Of a DNA stretch of 64,000 nt, positions 13,108 through 27,451 are shown one piece after another; position 1 is the stretch's first letter, and each line of letters starts with the position of its first letter. The translations under genes were made by a program, and so were the position numbers. A model generated the notes under the pieces. It saw nothing but the letters and a program-made list of their open reading frames with translations. It did not search any database and was not told where the DNA came from. The DNA is from Paraspadella gotoi (lineage: Eukaryota; Animalia; Chaetognatha), in contig CM119266.1 of the NCBI GenBank assembly GCA_051294375.1, positions 287,132 to 351,131 of the forward strand, in the 5' to 3' direction.

Positions 13108-14610
13108 ATGGGTATACTCATTTTTTGCAAACTTTTATTTAATCATAAACGCGGTAATTACGGAGGTTGGCGCTCTACCGACTGTAAAACCTAAATAACT
13201 ATTGTTGGTAGTAGTCAATAACTTAATAGTCTCAGCTCTTCACCACTTCGCTTGTAGTTCCTCTTCAGTTTTCAAAGTCAAAAAATCGGGACGAGAATTT
13301 GAATTTCGACGTTCGACTTTCGCCGGGCGACGATCGCCCCCTCGTGCACGTGCATCGCCCCTTGTCACGTGACGATCGCCCCTCGTCACTGGTGCTCTCT
13401 CGATCGCCGCCTTTCGTCACGCTGACGTAGTGCCCCTCGTCACCGTGACGATCGCCCTCGTCAGCGTTGACGATCGCTCTCCTCAGTGTGACAGAAAATC
13501 ACCGTGGTCAAACATTTATTCCGGCGATGATCGAACGGAATCATCTTCAGTTTGAAGTGTGCTTTACCCACTTTTTTAATACAAAAAATAAAAAATAGCT
13601 TAATGTAATAAGTGTTGCTTTTTAGCGTTTAAATGTTCAGAAGTAAAATCCAAGAGATCACTTTTCCGCTTTGTTTCCTGAATCATTTACTACATTAAGA
13701 AATGTTACTTCATTGTGTAGTTGTATTTAACTGCATCGACGCGATTTCGACTAACGGACCAGTATTTGTTCACGTGACCGAATTGCGTGAGTCCGATATG
13801 GTGTTCTCCTGGTTGTTGTTGTGTATGGCGTTGTGGTGTTGTCTTTGGTTTTGTTTTGTTGGCGTAGTTTCGAATGTACAGGCATGCTTTTTGTTCTGTG
13901 GGTGTGTTGTGTTTGTGTCTTGTTGGTGAGGAAATATATGTTAGTGAGAGGATTAATTCTATGAGTATGAGGGCATAGAATATAATTCTCTCTCTGCGTG
14001 CTTCGTGCGGTTCTTGCATTGTCTCTCTCTTCTCTCTTCGGTCTCTCGCTCTCCTTCTTCGTCTCTCTCTGCTCTCTCTTCTTGTTCGTCTTCTGCGTGT
14101 CTCTCTCCATCCGGTTCTATTTTGGGAGAAGGTGAAACGATCTATGGTATCGCAATTGAATCGTATTTCAGACAAAAGACAAATTATTTTCGGCCTCCGA
14201 CGGCTCTTTTTATTCTAATCGTAAAAAATTCATTCTTGTTTTTTGATATCTGTGGTCGTGTATCCTTCTCTCTTACTCTGCCTATATCTTCTCTTATGCG
14301 CTCTCTCTCTCTCGTCTCGTGCTCTCTCTCTCTCTCTCTCTCTCGCTATCTTATTTTCATACTTTCGTTCTCATCATTCTTTTCTCTCACGAGGTTTTTT
14401 TATAGATTCGAGCGACAAAAAAAAGAAAAAAATATTTTCTCTTTGAGTTCTCACTCCCTCACCACTCCTTACAATTCCCTTTTCCTGCCCCCCCCCCCCA
14501 GCCCGCCGTAACACGCCTCAAACGCCAAACTCATTGGCTCACAGTTACATCCTTTGATCAACTCTTCACTCTCACAGCTACCTCTCAATTCGATCACATC
14601 TTCACACCGT
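13108..14610 (+). repeat. Error-rich duplicate of 4398-5650
   Basis: Differences are mostly scattered 1-nt insertions, typical of a raw long read. Confidence 0.8.
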
Positions 14611-16253
14611 TTCGTTTTTTCTTTTTATATTTTTATAGGTGTTGTGTGTGGTGGTAGGGAGGAGTGAAGACTATTTGAGAGTATGCAGCCAAACTGGTAA
14701 GGCGGTTTCTTCATGAAATCTTGGCAGTGAATTACTTTGTAGGTCACAACTCCAATTTCTATTGAAAAAGATATTATTCAAAATTTGCCTTCCTTCCATA
14801 TAAATTTGATTATTTTAATCAATTTTTTTGGGATTACATTCTTTATATCTTCTTGAAACGAAACAACATGTTTTCAAAAACGCGCTCATAGAATCTCCCC
14901 CACCTTTCCCTCATTGCCCAAGATATTTTTTTCTTCAATGAAGGTCAACGGTTTGAGTGCAAACTCTTCGTCTTTTAACTTTCACTTTCGTCAAGAAAGT
15001 TAAATTCTGTACTTATTAAACTCATTAAACATTTAATAAAGTAAAAAAGTCAAATTGAAATAAATTCGATAAGTTTTTTTAACTCATAAAACTCATGGAA
15101 GAGTATAAAAAACCGTCTGGAAATGTGAAGTGAGTACGTTTGTTTTAGACTTTATTAGTGATAAACCATGTATTGTATTGTACCAAAAGGCAAGAATTAA
15201 ACTATAAGAAGTAGGGAATTGAAGCTTACTGTTAAAGAATCAAGTTTTAAGTTAAAAAGATTTTAGTTGTTAGAAATTTGAGCCTTACGATATAAAAAAT
15301 AATTTTTCTTTTTTTTGAAAATCTATTTTCACCGAAGAAAAAAATTTCGTTAAATTTTGATGAACATTTTAGGTAGATTTATTAAGAAGTTTTTCGAATA
15401 ATTTTTTTAATAGAAAACCTCTTACAGGATTATGAGAAAATGATTAAGATACAGTTAAACTTAAGATTTTCTCAATTTTAGCTGTTGACGTCGATCCCTG
15501 GCCCTTAAAAAGTAGTATTTAGCCAAATCGCGCCTCTTTGCAGCTGCACGACTCCTACATTTTCCCGTTCAATTTCTAGCAACGAACGACAACAACCCAC
15601 GACGCGACGACGACGACGACTCGGAGTAATGTTTAAGATCCACATTCTCCGTCCGTCTATCTTCTCTACCTTATCTTCCTTTTAAAATCTAATTATTTTT
15701 CACTTCACAACATAATTCACCCTTTTCGCCCCGTCACCGCGACCCATCAACCCCTCCTACAAAACCTAACTTTCGTTACCCCCTGAGCACCCCCCCGCGC
15801 CAACTCTTCATTCTCTCCACCCAACCGCAAACTGCTCCGCGCCCCCTTCCACCCCTGACCACCCCTGCACATCCCCACCACCTCCAAAAAAAGTACGGTT
15901 AAAATCTCGGACTTTTTTTTTNNNNNNNNNNNNNNNNNNNNNNNNNCTCTCTCTCTCTCGCTCTTCAGTTTTGACGAAGGGCAACAAATGGCCGCCGAGT
16001 ACTAAAGGCCGCGAACACCTCAATCCCCGTCGACGGCCACGACGACGACTACGACGACGACGACGACGACGATCGTTGTTACGATGAAGCTAACGGTTCC
16101 CGAGGTGGTATTAACGTTGGTGGGGGTGAAGGCTACTATAATTGTCGCATCACTAACTTCTTTCTCCTGCCTCCCAATTATTTTATTTTATTTTAAGCTT
16201 TAAAGTTTTATTTTTCTTTATTTTCTCCTTCGTTTCTTTATTTCTAGTATTTT

Positions 16254-16337
16254 GAGATTGAGTTTAAGATTGAGTTTAAGATTGAGTTTAAGATTGAGTT
16301 TAAGATTGAGTTTAAGATTGAGTTTAAGATTGAGTTT
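16254..16337. repeat. 12-bp tandem repeat (gagtttaagatt) x ~6.5
   Basis: Read directly from the sequence. Confidence 0.9.
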
Positions 16338-17483
16338 GTTTTCTCGAGATATCGTGAAAATTATGAGACAGTAAAAAATTTATACCGTCCCTGATATGAC
16401 GACGTACGTAACCCTTCTCTTTCATTTTCAAGCTTTTTCAGCTTTCAAAAATGTGCATACATAGGTTTCAAAAGTTTCAAAACGTTTTCAAAAAAACGAT
16501 CCTCACAATCATCAACAAACGTCAGATTCAGTTCTTTCTTCTCTCGCTTCCTTTATTTGTAGTAAATAAAAAAACGAATCATTTACCACTTTCTCACTCC
16601 AAACCCGATATTCTTTCCACCGTTTCTCCGTCTTTATGTCGATTCCATTAAGTTTGATCAGCGCTCTAACCGCAATATGCAAATCGATATATTTCGCAAT
16701 CAAACCATCGAATAATTAGATAAAACGTAATAAGAATAATAATTAGCGCCATTCGCGTGAACTGAAAATGATGTCAAGCGCAATTCTCGCTTTTGTCGGA
16801 GTTAGTGAATATTAATTAGTTATTTTTTTAAAATAAGAGCTTGTAAAATTGTGAGCTAGTGAATAAAATTTAAAGCAATTTATATTAGAACCGTGATAAA
16901 ATCCTTTCTATAACTTTTTTCTCGTTTACTTTTCACTAAAAGTGAAAAATTAACCGCTGGAGAAACGAGAAAAAAAAACTGATGGCTTAATTAAAAGTTT
17001 TTCAGTCAAAGTTTTGGGGTCTCTCTTTTTCGTGATGTTTTAAAACAAATGACGCTTTCAGTCTCACCGATCTGATAAAGAGAGAGAGAGAGAAAGTGAG
17101 AGAGAGAGAGAGGGAGAGAAAGAGAGAGTGAGAGAGGTTGTGTTTGAGTAACAACATATATATATAGCAAATTATATATATATATATATAACAGTTTTGT
17201 GTAGTGATATATAAACGATACAAACGCAAAACATTTCAATGACGCTTACATCATCATCACCGCCACCTGTCGGGCATAACCGACCCCCACTGAGGAATTT
17301 GGTGGGGTGATAGGGTGAGCAGTCGCCACCACTGCCACCCCTGGCCGTCACCACTCCCGGCCTTCACAACTCCGGCCGTCACCACCCCGGCAAACACCAA
17401 CACAGCAGCCCTAAACCGAAGCTAGTGTCGAAATATCGAATCACTCTTTTTTTAGAGAACAAAATTAACCCTCAAAAAATTAT

Positions 17484-17560
<77 letters not shown>

Positions 17561-17677
17561 ACAGGTGTAATGATGATATACGTCACAGGGAAAAGACGAT
17601 CACTAGGAAGAAGAAAACGACGACGATAGAAAAAAAAAATCTCCTTCTAATCAGCAAACTTAAGTGATGAGGTGATG

Positions 17678-17786
17678 TATCAGCAAATGATATCAGCAAA
17701 TGATATCAGCAAATGATATCAGCAAATGATATCAGCAAATGATATCAGCAAATGATATCAGCAAAATGATATCAGCAAATGATATC
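17678..17786. repeat. 13-bp tandem repeat (tatcagcaaatga) x ~8
   Basis: Read directly from the sequence. Confidence 0.9.
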
Positions 17787-17887
17787 CTTTCGTTTTCAAG
17801 CGACACTATGAGCGATAAAAAGCGATCGAAGTTGTCGTCGTCGCCTTCGTGAAAATTGTTGTGGTGGTGACAAAGGACAAGAGGAGG

Positions 17888-17941
<54 letters not shown>

Positions 17942-18043
17942 TGACTTTTTAATTTATTCTTTAACTTATAATTCAAATTCATAATCATCGCGGTCGAAGT
18001 CAAGTTTTATCTTTTGTGACTCAAATTAGAATCGGGTCCGAAT

Positions 18044-18123
<80 letters not shown>

Positions 18124-19776
18124 TTTCAATCGACGGACATTCTTCCTCGGGAATCGAGATAATCGTAATAAATGGAAACAACTGTAACGGAGGGGATGCC
18201 GTTTCTCGATCTCTTTTCTTCTTATTGTCGGGATATTATTGGTAGGTCCATTATAATTAAGGTTCTCTCTTCTCTCTCTCTTCTCTCTCTCTCCTCCTCT
18301 CTCTCTCCTCTCTCTCTCTCTCATTTCTTATGGCATCCCCAGGCAGAATCAGTTTATCTTCCTTCATATTATTTTCCTCTTTTTTCGTTTTTCAGTCAAT
18401 AATCCGAATATCTGATAATGAGCTGTCCGGAGAGAGAGAGAGAGAGAGAGATCGGAGAGAAGAGAAGAGAAGAGAGAAGACGAAGAGAGAAGAGCATGAG
18501 AGAGAGAGAAACAGAGAGAGACGAGAGAAGATGACGGAGTAGAGAGAGAGAGAGAGAAAGATGGAGAGAGAGAGAGAGAAANNNNNNNNNNNNNNNNNNN
18601 NNNNNNGAGAGAGAGAGAGAGAGAGACCAGGTGCTATGTCTACAGGCTTCCCCGTTTAAAAGTGATGACGGCCAAGTCTTCTTCCGAATCACAATGACGA
18701 AATATAATGTGTTTTTTTTTCACATCCGGGATTTTTAAAATCTTAAAACCGATTGACGACCTCAGTCTTCCTCCACTCACCTTCAAATATTGTTAATAAT
18801 TACAATCGATCACATTCAGCCTGCCTGATTTTCGATTTAATACAAAGTTTGTGAACAACTTTCAAACTAAAATTTCGTTACAAGCTCTCACACAAAAATA
18901 GGGGTAGCCCCAGTCACCATTGAATATTTAGAATGATTATATGCTCAAACGAAAATTTATACATTTTGAAGTATACTTTCAATGGACAAAATATTTCTTA
19001 TATGGCTCTATACCCAAATAATTATTTTTTTAATATTTATTTATAGATAGGAAAGGTCAAATTTTTTTAGATAATTTTTAAATTTTAAGACCTTATTCAG
19101 ATAGCTCATAAAAAGTTGTCCGAACAAAGTATCATTCTTTTTTAATTATTTTCATGATAAGTGAGTCAAAGATAAGAAAAACCGTAAGAAATCATCATCA
19201 TCATCATATTTTGATGATTTTATCAGTTTTTTTTATTTTCACTTAGAAAACGTAAGAATTTTTAAAAGCTGGAATTATATTTCTTGTTTAACCTTTTATG
19301 CTCTATAAGAATCCATAAAAAAATTTTAAGATTTCCCAAAAAAAATTTTAGAATTTAAAAAAAAGACAAGCAATATTTAATGTATTAATCAAGACGTATA
19401 ATGTATTTTTCTAAAAAAATGATTGCTTAAATATTTAGTCAATACTCAAGACAACTAAAAAAACTTTGCTAATAGTCGAAATTTTATATTATCTCCAGAG
19501 TTGGTCCCTAACAAAAACGTTGACCGTTGATCAACGACATCGTATTCACAGCCTGGGAAAAAAAGGACTTACCACTCTCGTCACTCGGAGACCTTTCACT
19601 CCGTGAGTGTTTTTCCCTCTCACTCTCGGTGATAGTTTCTTGTTATTGTTGTGGTCGTTTGGAGAGTCTGCGAGTGCGAATTAGACTGAGTTGACGTGGA
19701 GGTAAACCTCGTGAATTGGGAGACGAGAAGAGAGAAGGGATGTGAAAGATTTTAAAGAAATGAAAGTGGGCGATAG

Positions 19777-19881
19777 CATCGCAGGAGTATCAAATTTGAT
19801 CAAATTTGATTCTGGTGGCTTGATACTCCTCCTATCAAGCCACCAGAATTAAATTTGGTCAAATTTGATACTCTTGCGATG
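19777..19881. repeat. Near-perfect inverted repeat: 49-bp stem, 7-nt loop
   Basis: catcgcaggagtatcaaatttgatcaaatttgattctggtggcttgata-ctcctcc-tatcaagccaccagaattaaatttggtcaaatttgatactcttgcgatg, with 3 mismatches. Confidence 0.9.
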
Positions 19882-20246
19882 ATAGTCAGAAAAACAAAAG
19901 TGTGAGACTTCTGTGCGAATTTAAGGGAAAAGTTTCTTTAGAAACTTTGAGTCTGTGATGAGCTTCTCTATTCTTTAAATATGTATTTAGGTAGTAATTT
20001 TGTCTATTATAGACCACTGGAGTTAGTTTAGACATCGCTATTGCTATTTTTATATTTGAAATTTCGGAAAATAAATCTAATGATGTATGTTTTCACGGGA
20101 AATTGAGTTGGACGTTATAATCAAATAATTCTCCATTCGGTTTTTCACATTTTCTCTCTCTCACGTCTAACGCTTGGTTTCACCTCTCCTTTGGTTAAAA
20201 GCACCGGACGCCCTTACACCCCCGCCTTTTGACATCTCTCTCTCTC

Positions 20247-20318
<72 letters not shown>

Positions 20319-20993
20319 ATCTCTCTCTTTTCTTCTCTTTGTTCGGCTTTCTACGCGAGGCAACTTTTTTTATTTCACTCCAAAATCGTACTCTTTTTTT
20401 ACTATTTTTTTCCCTAAATATATACTTATCGTTCACCTCCCCCCCCCCATCCCAACAGCCCCAAAACGATCCCCTTTTCTCCTCTTCCTTTTTCCTCTTC
20501 CTCTTACCCTTGATTTTCCACGTATTTCTCCTCCTCGAATCCACTCCTCTCACATTTTGTCACTTTCTCGAATTTCTCTTTTCTACTTGAAGTCGATTGG
20601 ATTGAAGCCGCCGCAAAATTATGACAACCCGGTTTTTTTAGGGGGGGGGGGAAAGTTGGTGATAAACCTTCGGACCATTTTTTTGTTTATTTTTAGTGTT
20701 ATTTATTTTTGTTTTGAAAATCGTACAACGACATCCGGAGGTCTTTTGCAGAATTTTAACAACCTTTTTTGAAGCGCTCTGCAGTATAAGCGTATTTGTT
20801 TTTTGCAAATATTAATTTATGTGAGGTACTTATGAGTAACGTCTAGAATAAAACTCAATCGAAATTGGAAACGGTCATAGCCACAAACCCGTTATAAACA
20901 GATTCAACTGTAAAATGCCGAATACTTTATTTTCGACTTGAGTTTCTTTAACTTCACTTCTTTCGTAGCGTAATAAATTTCGTTTCGCCATTC

Positions 20994-21027
<34 letters not shown>

Positions 21028-21504
21028 ATTTCCTCGATATTTTTTTATTTCTTTTGTTTTCGTTATTTTGATGTTATTTTTTTTCCTCTGATTTTTCCTT
21101 TGATAAGATCTAAGCGAGTTTTGCCGACGAGTGGGAAGAGGAAGAGGAAGAGGAGGGATAGGGAGGGTAAGGCAAAAGAGGGTGGCTGGGGGTAAGGCTT
21201 AATCGAGACGCTTCACCACAATCATTTGTTCATTTGTTTATTTGTTGGCTCGAACATATAATTCTTGTTTCTCGTCAAAAAAAGTTACAATCGTGTCTTT
21301 CTTTCGGATCCAAGTTACGCTGACAAACTACGAGCAGCATTACAATGTTTGTAAATTGTTTACCATTTATTTATTTTATTTTTTACTTAATAGTTTCAGT
21401 GATAAGAAACGATCACTTCCGCCGCGTCCTTAGCTCCGTGCCAACTCCCCTCAAAAAAAAGAGAGAAAATAATAGAAAAGTGACGAGACGCGAGTGGAAG
21501 AAAT

Positions 21505-21830
21505 AAATAACAAGAAAAGTAAAATGAGAGACGAAAGTGATTAAGAAAAATTGAACAATTAAGAAAATTAAAAAGAAAATAAAATGAGACACAAAAAGTT
21601 GGATAAAAAATATTGAACGATTAAGAAAATTAAAAAATAAAGTAAAATGAGAGATGAAAGTGATTAAGAAAATTGAATGTTTAAAGAAAATTAAAAAGAA
21701 AAAGTAAAATGAGAGATGAAAGTGATTAAGAAAAATTGAACGATTAAGAAAATTAAAAAGAAAAAGTAAAATGAGAGATGAAAGTGATAAAGAAAAATTG
21801 AACGATTAAGAAAATAAAAAAAAAGTGAAA
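21505..21830. repeat. Degenerate ~55-60-bp A-rich tandem repeat
   Basis: Recurrent aagtaaaatgagagatgaaagtgattaagaaaaattgaacgattaagaaaattaaaa. Confidence 0.8.
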
Positions 21831-22142
21831 AAATCGAAATTTTAACGGCTCGGCCGGATTTTAATTTTTTTTCTCGCGAAAAGCAAATCGCATAAAAGTT
21901 TTTTTTCACAACAAAATATGTACATACATAAATACTTAAAAAAAAGGATAGTTTTCTGTCAAAGAGTGAGAAAAGGAGAAAAGAGAAAAAATCGAAACTG
22001 CCAAGTTCGAATCTGAAGAGATCGAAAAGAACATAAACCGGTCAAAACCTTTCCTTTTCCCTCTTCTTTTACTTCACTCATTTTCACAAAAACTGATAAT
22101 AAAAACATCACGCGTAATCTTGATCACGATCTCACCGCCGTG

Positions 22143-22179
<37 letters not shown>

Positions 22180-22946
22180 AATCAAATTCTTGAGCGAAAA
22201 AAAAATTAAATGAGGACAATCACTTCTGTAGTAAAATAGGAATACAACTGAAGAAGTAGGTTTGACATATTTAACAAATTTTTAACATAATTAACAAAAT
22301 TTTTACTATCGACCGGTGTACGGACCGACCGACGAACAGACTGACCGACCAAAAAGAATTAAATACTCGGCGCAATATATCCGATCGACGCTTAGTCATG
22401 ATATTCATCGATGATAAATCGAATCGAAAATAATTAATAAACCATATTTTAAAAATATATCTTTCAAGAAAAGAGAATTTAGTGATTTGTGAGTCATAAG
22501 AGGATCTGTTTGTCTGTTAAGATTCGTCGGCGATTTTGATGAATGCTTTTTTTTTAAATAATAATTTTCCGAACGGATTTTATATTTGGATTATTTTTTT
22601 CTTGAGAAAATGAATGGTTCTTTGATTTTGATAATATGAATAGAGAGAAGAAGAAAAATCCGTTTGAAACGAAAACCGCTGAGAGACAAACGATTTGTGG
22701 GGGGTGTCTTGCCAATTTTAACAAATAGATGAATGAATGAAAAAATGAATAAAAAATGAATAAATGAATTAATGAAATAATGAATGATTGAATGAATGAC
22801 CAAAGGAATGACTGTATGAAAGAGTAACATAAAATAATGAATAAAATAATGACTAATTGACTGAATGACTGAATGACTGAATCAACGATTCATACAATCG
22901 ATTAAATATTTAAACATTGTATGAATGAACGAGTCAATGAACCTAC

Positions 22947-23906
22947 CCGCGCTTGGTCGATCCGAGTATCTCGTGCAGTAGACCCACGCCGGCCATAGCA
23001 TCGGCTCACCGCCCGGTTTTTGTCCGCCGGATCCGCCTGTCGCCGCCGCCGCCGCTCCGGCCGACCCCGGCGACTTTCGCGGCGAGGACGCCGACGACGA
23101 CGACTCGCTGGCGGTGTCGCTGGCGTTGCCGGAAGCGGCGCCCAGCGGCGAGAGCGCCGGACTACGCGGCGACGCGCGAGACCGAGGCGAGTATCCGCCC
23201 GGCGTGGAGGCGGCGGTCGGGCGCGGTGTTGTAGGCGTGGAGGAGCGAGGGGGCGGTAGTGGAAGACCCGTTGGGGCGAAAGGGTGATGGGAGTGGTGAA
23301 GAGGGTTGGCCACGGGGTGTTTGTCGGGACGGGAGTGAAGGTGATGTTGATGATGGTTGGAAGGTAAAGGAGAAGGGAGGTGAGGCGAAAATGGCGGACC
23401 GCCGCCGCCGCCGCCGCCGTGGTGGGGCGGTAGGTGCGACAGCGGGTAAGGGTAAGGACGAGACGGAGAGGGTTTCGCCACGCGATGACTCAGTTTGAAA
23501 GGCGACGCGACGCCGTGGAGGAATTTTCCTAATTCCGCGTCGAAATTGACGCCGCCGACGCCGGAGAACGGCCGCGGTTGCTGCTGCGGCGATGATTTGG
23601 GCGGCGGACGCTGCCTGTGCTGCTGTAGCGGAGTCCGCTCCGGGGGCGGCGGCGACGGCGGTCCGATCGGCGGCGCGGAATCAGCCGGCGCCATCTTGGA
23701 ACGAGCGCCGCCAAAGTTCGGACTCAAGATTCGATCGATGAAAAAGTTAGTGACGCGTGGCGCCGGGGAAGAAGGCGCCGAGGAAGCGGCGTCGGCAGCG
23801 GCAGCGGCAGAGGCGGCGTCGGAACGGTAAGAAGAAAAGGGCGAGGGATGGCGGGACGGTGGGGCGCCTCGAACCGGTTTGGGGATCACGATAGAAGGTT
23901 TGGGGA
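22947..23906 (-). CDS. en: engrailed-family gene, exon 3 (EH1 and EH2 motifs)
   Basis: EH1 RVTNFFIDRILSPNFG and EH2 WPAWVYCTRYSDRPSAG. Acceptor tttctattccag|, donor GCGG|gtaggt. Confidence 0.93.
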
Positions 23907-24271
23907 CTGGAATAGAAAAATTCGGAAACTATTAAACGATGCAAGGATTTTCGATCGTTTAATCTCATTTGCATATTGTAAACTATGTTGTCAGGGTATT
24001 TTATAATATATAACATCCTATTCATTCAAAAAATAAATTAATCCGGATTAAAGTGAAATCTTGTGTCGTGAAGATGGACGAAGTTTAAAGAAAATAAATT
24101 TAGTTTCACCACTAAAATAGAACCAATGCATAAAAGCGAAGTCATGTAAGGAAAAACCCGACAAATTATAGAATTCTTATCGACGCTTGTATTCATTATA
24201 TTTATTGCTGTCAATATGAGTACTTTTAGTAATAAAAAAACTATACATTCCTTGTTTTTCTCATTTCTTAC

Positions 24272-24418
24272 CGTTCTCGTCGACCTGCTGCAGCTGCTGT
24301 TGCTGCATCTGGTATTGCTGCTGGAAGAACTCGAGGATGCTTCTCGGAGGCGGAAGCGGCAAGCCCGGTGGAGACTCTTGCCGAGGCTTGGCGTCGTGGT
24401 GATGGGGCCCAGCCAAGG
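24272..24418 (-). CDS. en: engrailed-family gene, exon 2 (poly-Gln)
   Basis: Acceptor ttttccgtttag| and donor AACG|gtaag. 147 nt, phase 1 to 1, open frame ALAGPHHHDAKP...QQQQLQQVDEN. Confidence 0.65.
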
Positions 24419-24688
24419 CTAAACGGAAAAGAAGTTTTACAGTATGATCTACGAAAAATCACTGGCAAACTATTCTTAGTTAATGTCATTATAAATGATA
24501 AATCATAATTTTGTTTTGTTTTGTTCCACAAAGAAATTTTGATTTCGCTTTATAGGACATAAACCTTTGATGATCATTTGAAATTGATTTAAATAAACTT
24601 AATTAAGATAAACCCTCATTAAGATTAATTAATAATTATCATCCTTTCCAATCTCCGTCCGACCCAAAGAACGCTCCTCGTCGCCCAC

Positions 24689-24980
24689 CTGCTCCCTTGA
24701 AATCCTCGCCCGACTCTCTCGCTTCCTTCAGCCGCAAGTAATGCTGCAACGACGCCGGAAACTGCAGCATCTGCGGCAGAGCGGCCAATGGATGCGGCAG
24801 CGTTGTCGTTGGCGTCTGGAGCGGGTGCGCCGAAGGAGCCGGCTCCAACGCCTGCATTTGCTGGAGCGAATGGACGGACGGTTCCAGCGGCGACATGGGC
24901 GGAACGCCGGGGACTCCGATGGATGTTTGGAGGTGGAAGGGGAAGGTGGGAAAGTCTTTGAGGGCGGGAGTGGAGACCAT
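24689..24980 (-). CDS. en: engrailed-family homeobox gene, coding exon 1 (MVSTPALKDF...; Pro/Gln-rich)
   Basis: ATG in good context (ccgccaaaATGG) and donor GCAG|gtgggc at 24689/24688, phase 1. Splices in frame to exon 2. The six-exon model totals 1911 nt (636 aa). Confidence 0.6.
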
Positions 24981-25502
24981 TTTGGCGGGAGAGAGTTTTT
25001 ACAGTTCACAGACGGCGTTGGCCTTGAAAATTGGCAATTGCGACGACAAAGAGACGGCTTCAATGAGACGTCGTCGTCGTCGTCGTCGTCCGTCGATCGA
25101 TCACGTCACCCTCACTTTTTCTCGTCACGTGACTTTTGTGACGTCGACGAAGCGTAAAATCGGCGTGAAGATCGAAAATCAAAGTCGGCGATCACGCGAG
25201 GGGGGGGTAGGAGTCTGTGAATCTTTTTGAAATCGTCGTCGTCGTCGTCGTCGTCGTCGACGTCCCTTGTTTTCACACCGTCGACGTCATCGTCGACGGT
25301 TGAGTGAAATTTGGGTCGAGGTTTGATTTGGAGGGTGAGAAGATGTGAAGGCGGCGGCGATCACGGGGGAAAATCGAGGAATATTTGACGGGGGGTGGGG
25401 GCAAGAAAAGATTTCTGCTGTGGTTGATGATGAGTTTGTTGTCAGGACGTTGATGTTGTTGTTGAGAATTTTTTGGTGATGTTTTGAATTAGTTTCGTGG
25501 AT

Positions 25503-25584
<82 letters not shown>

Positions 25585-26566
25585 GAGACAGAGAGAGACT
25601 GGACAATCTTGGAGACCAGAGACCTCGACGGCGCCAATTCTCTCAACGACGCTTCCTCGTAAAAAGGAAAAAGCAAAAAAAAAGCAAAAAAAGCAAAAAA
25701 AGCAACGGGCGGGGAGGAGACGTCACGCGGGTCACGGATGACGTCACACTGGTCCGACGTCGCTTCGTCGAGGAAAAAAACTCACTCGTCGACGGGAAGG
25801 GGGGGACTGGGGGAGGGCTGATGGATTTTATCGGGCAAGTCCGGTTTTTCTTTCTTGGGGGGGGCAGGGTAGGGAAGGTCAGGGAAAGCGTCACTTTAAC
25901 GATCCGTCGTCACAAAACTCCGGGGTGAGTTGTTAAAGCGGAAGGGGTAAGTTCGGTGACGTAGACGGACGTCGGTTGACGAGGATTACGTCAGAATGCC
26001 GTGACGAAGCGCGACGAAGTGTCGACGAAGGTTTTTGACGAGAAATGCTCAACTTTACAATTCGTGAACTTGAAATTTTAATGTCTATTACATTTATATA
26101 TTTATTATAATGGGATAAATTGAAGAGTCGATTTCTTCGTAAAAATTTTGATAAGCGCGTACGAAGATATCCGTCTCGTTCTCTAAAACGATTCGATCGT
26201 GAAATCGGATTCACGTGGACGATTTGAAAACGTTCCTTTTCTCCTTGCGGCGCGCGACAGAGACAGAGTCAATCGACGACGGAGACGGAGACGAATGAAT
26301 GGAGTCGAACGGACGTTCGGATGTTCATTTGAGGAGTTGGAGAGAGAACGTCGTCGTCGTTGTAGTCGTTCTCGTTTGTCTCGCTCTCTCTCTTTTCTCC
26401 TTTCTTTCCCTTCAGGAAAACCCCCACGAATTTCTGCCAATAAGTCTTGTCTTCATCCTCTTCCTCTTCATATTGGTTTTCCGCGTGATTTTCTTCCGCG
26501 TTTTTCTCGTCGCGCGATTTCTTTCGTCGTCGCTCTCGTCGTCGTCGTTTTTTATAATGGGGAAAG

Positions 26567-26629
<63 letters not shown>

Positions 26630-27370
26630 GCGTTGGAGGAGGAAGAGGAGGAAGAAGAATCGAACATCAAAAAGTCAAATTTTTTGAAGAAAATTTTTCG
26701 ATTTAAAAATCCATAAAAAGTCGAATTTGGAGGTTCTGACAGGAGAACTTGAATTTCTCCTAAATTCACCCAAAATGTTTTTTTATTCATGGCATTTAAA
26801 GTGGAAGCCTGACAAGATAATGGAAATTTTTAATAGTTAATAGTTCAGTTCTTTATACCAATGTTGTTAGATAAACTGAGAGATACCTATAATAAGCTTT
26901 TTTTTTTGCGTTAAAACTCTCCTTCTCTTTTATTTATTCCTTTTTTTTCGTTTAGCGATTATTTTTCGAGAATTAATCCTCTATTTTATTGATCCTCCCT
27001 CATTTCTTTAAATCTTTTTTTTTCAAACTCCTCATAAAAATCACACAAAAGATTCAGAAAAAAAAACAGATTCATCAATTGTCTTTTGTGTTTTTGTGAA
27101 TATTTTATCAACATCACAACTTAGCTACTTCACACGCCAGAAAGTGGGTGAGGGCTTCGCAGTCATCAGTTAGTTGGTTCGAGCCGGAGATTGGAAATTT
27201 GTCATTTCCAATTTGACGTCAAAAACGATAACAAATGACAATAAAATCCTTAAGCTACCAATGGTTACGACGTTATGGTCGCCGCGTTGCAGTCGTCATC
27301 GTCATCGTCGTCGTCGTCGTTTTTGTCGCCCACCTCGACTTTCACGATAATATTCAACGCAATCATCATA

Positions 27371-27451
<81 letters not shown>

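Noticed and set aside
22953-25230. Several plus-strand and alternative-frame ORFs over the engrailed exons (likewise over cyclin B3 at 60.1-61.2 kb)
   Set aside because: GC-rich shadow frames of the identified coding exons.
25497-27450. GAGA tracts upstream of engrailed as a Polycomb response element
   Set aside because: GA repeats are abundant across the whole window, so there is no specific enrichment.
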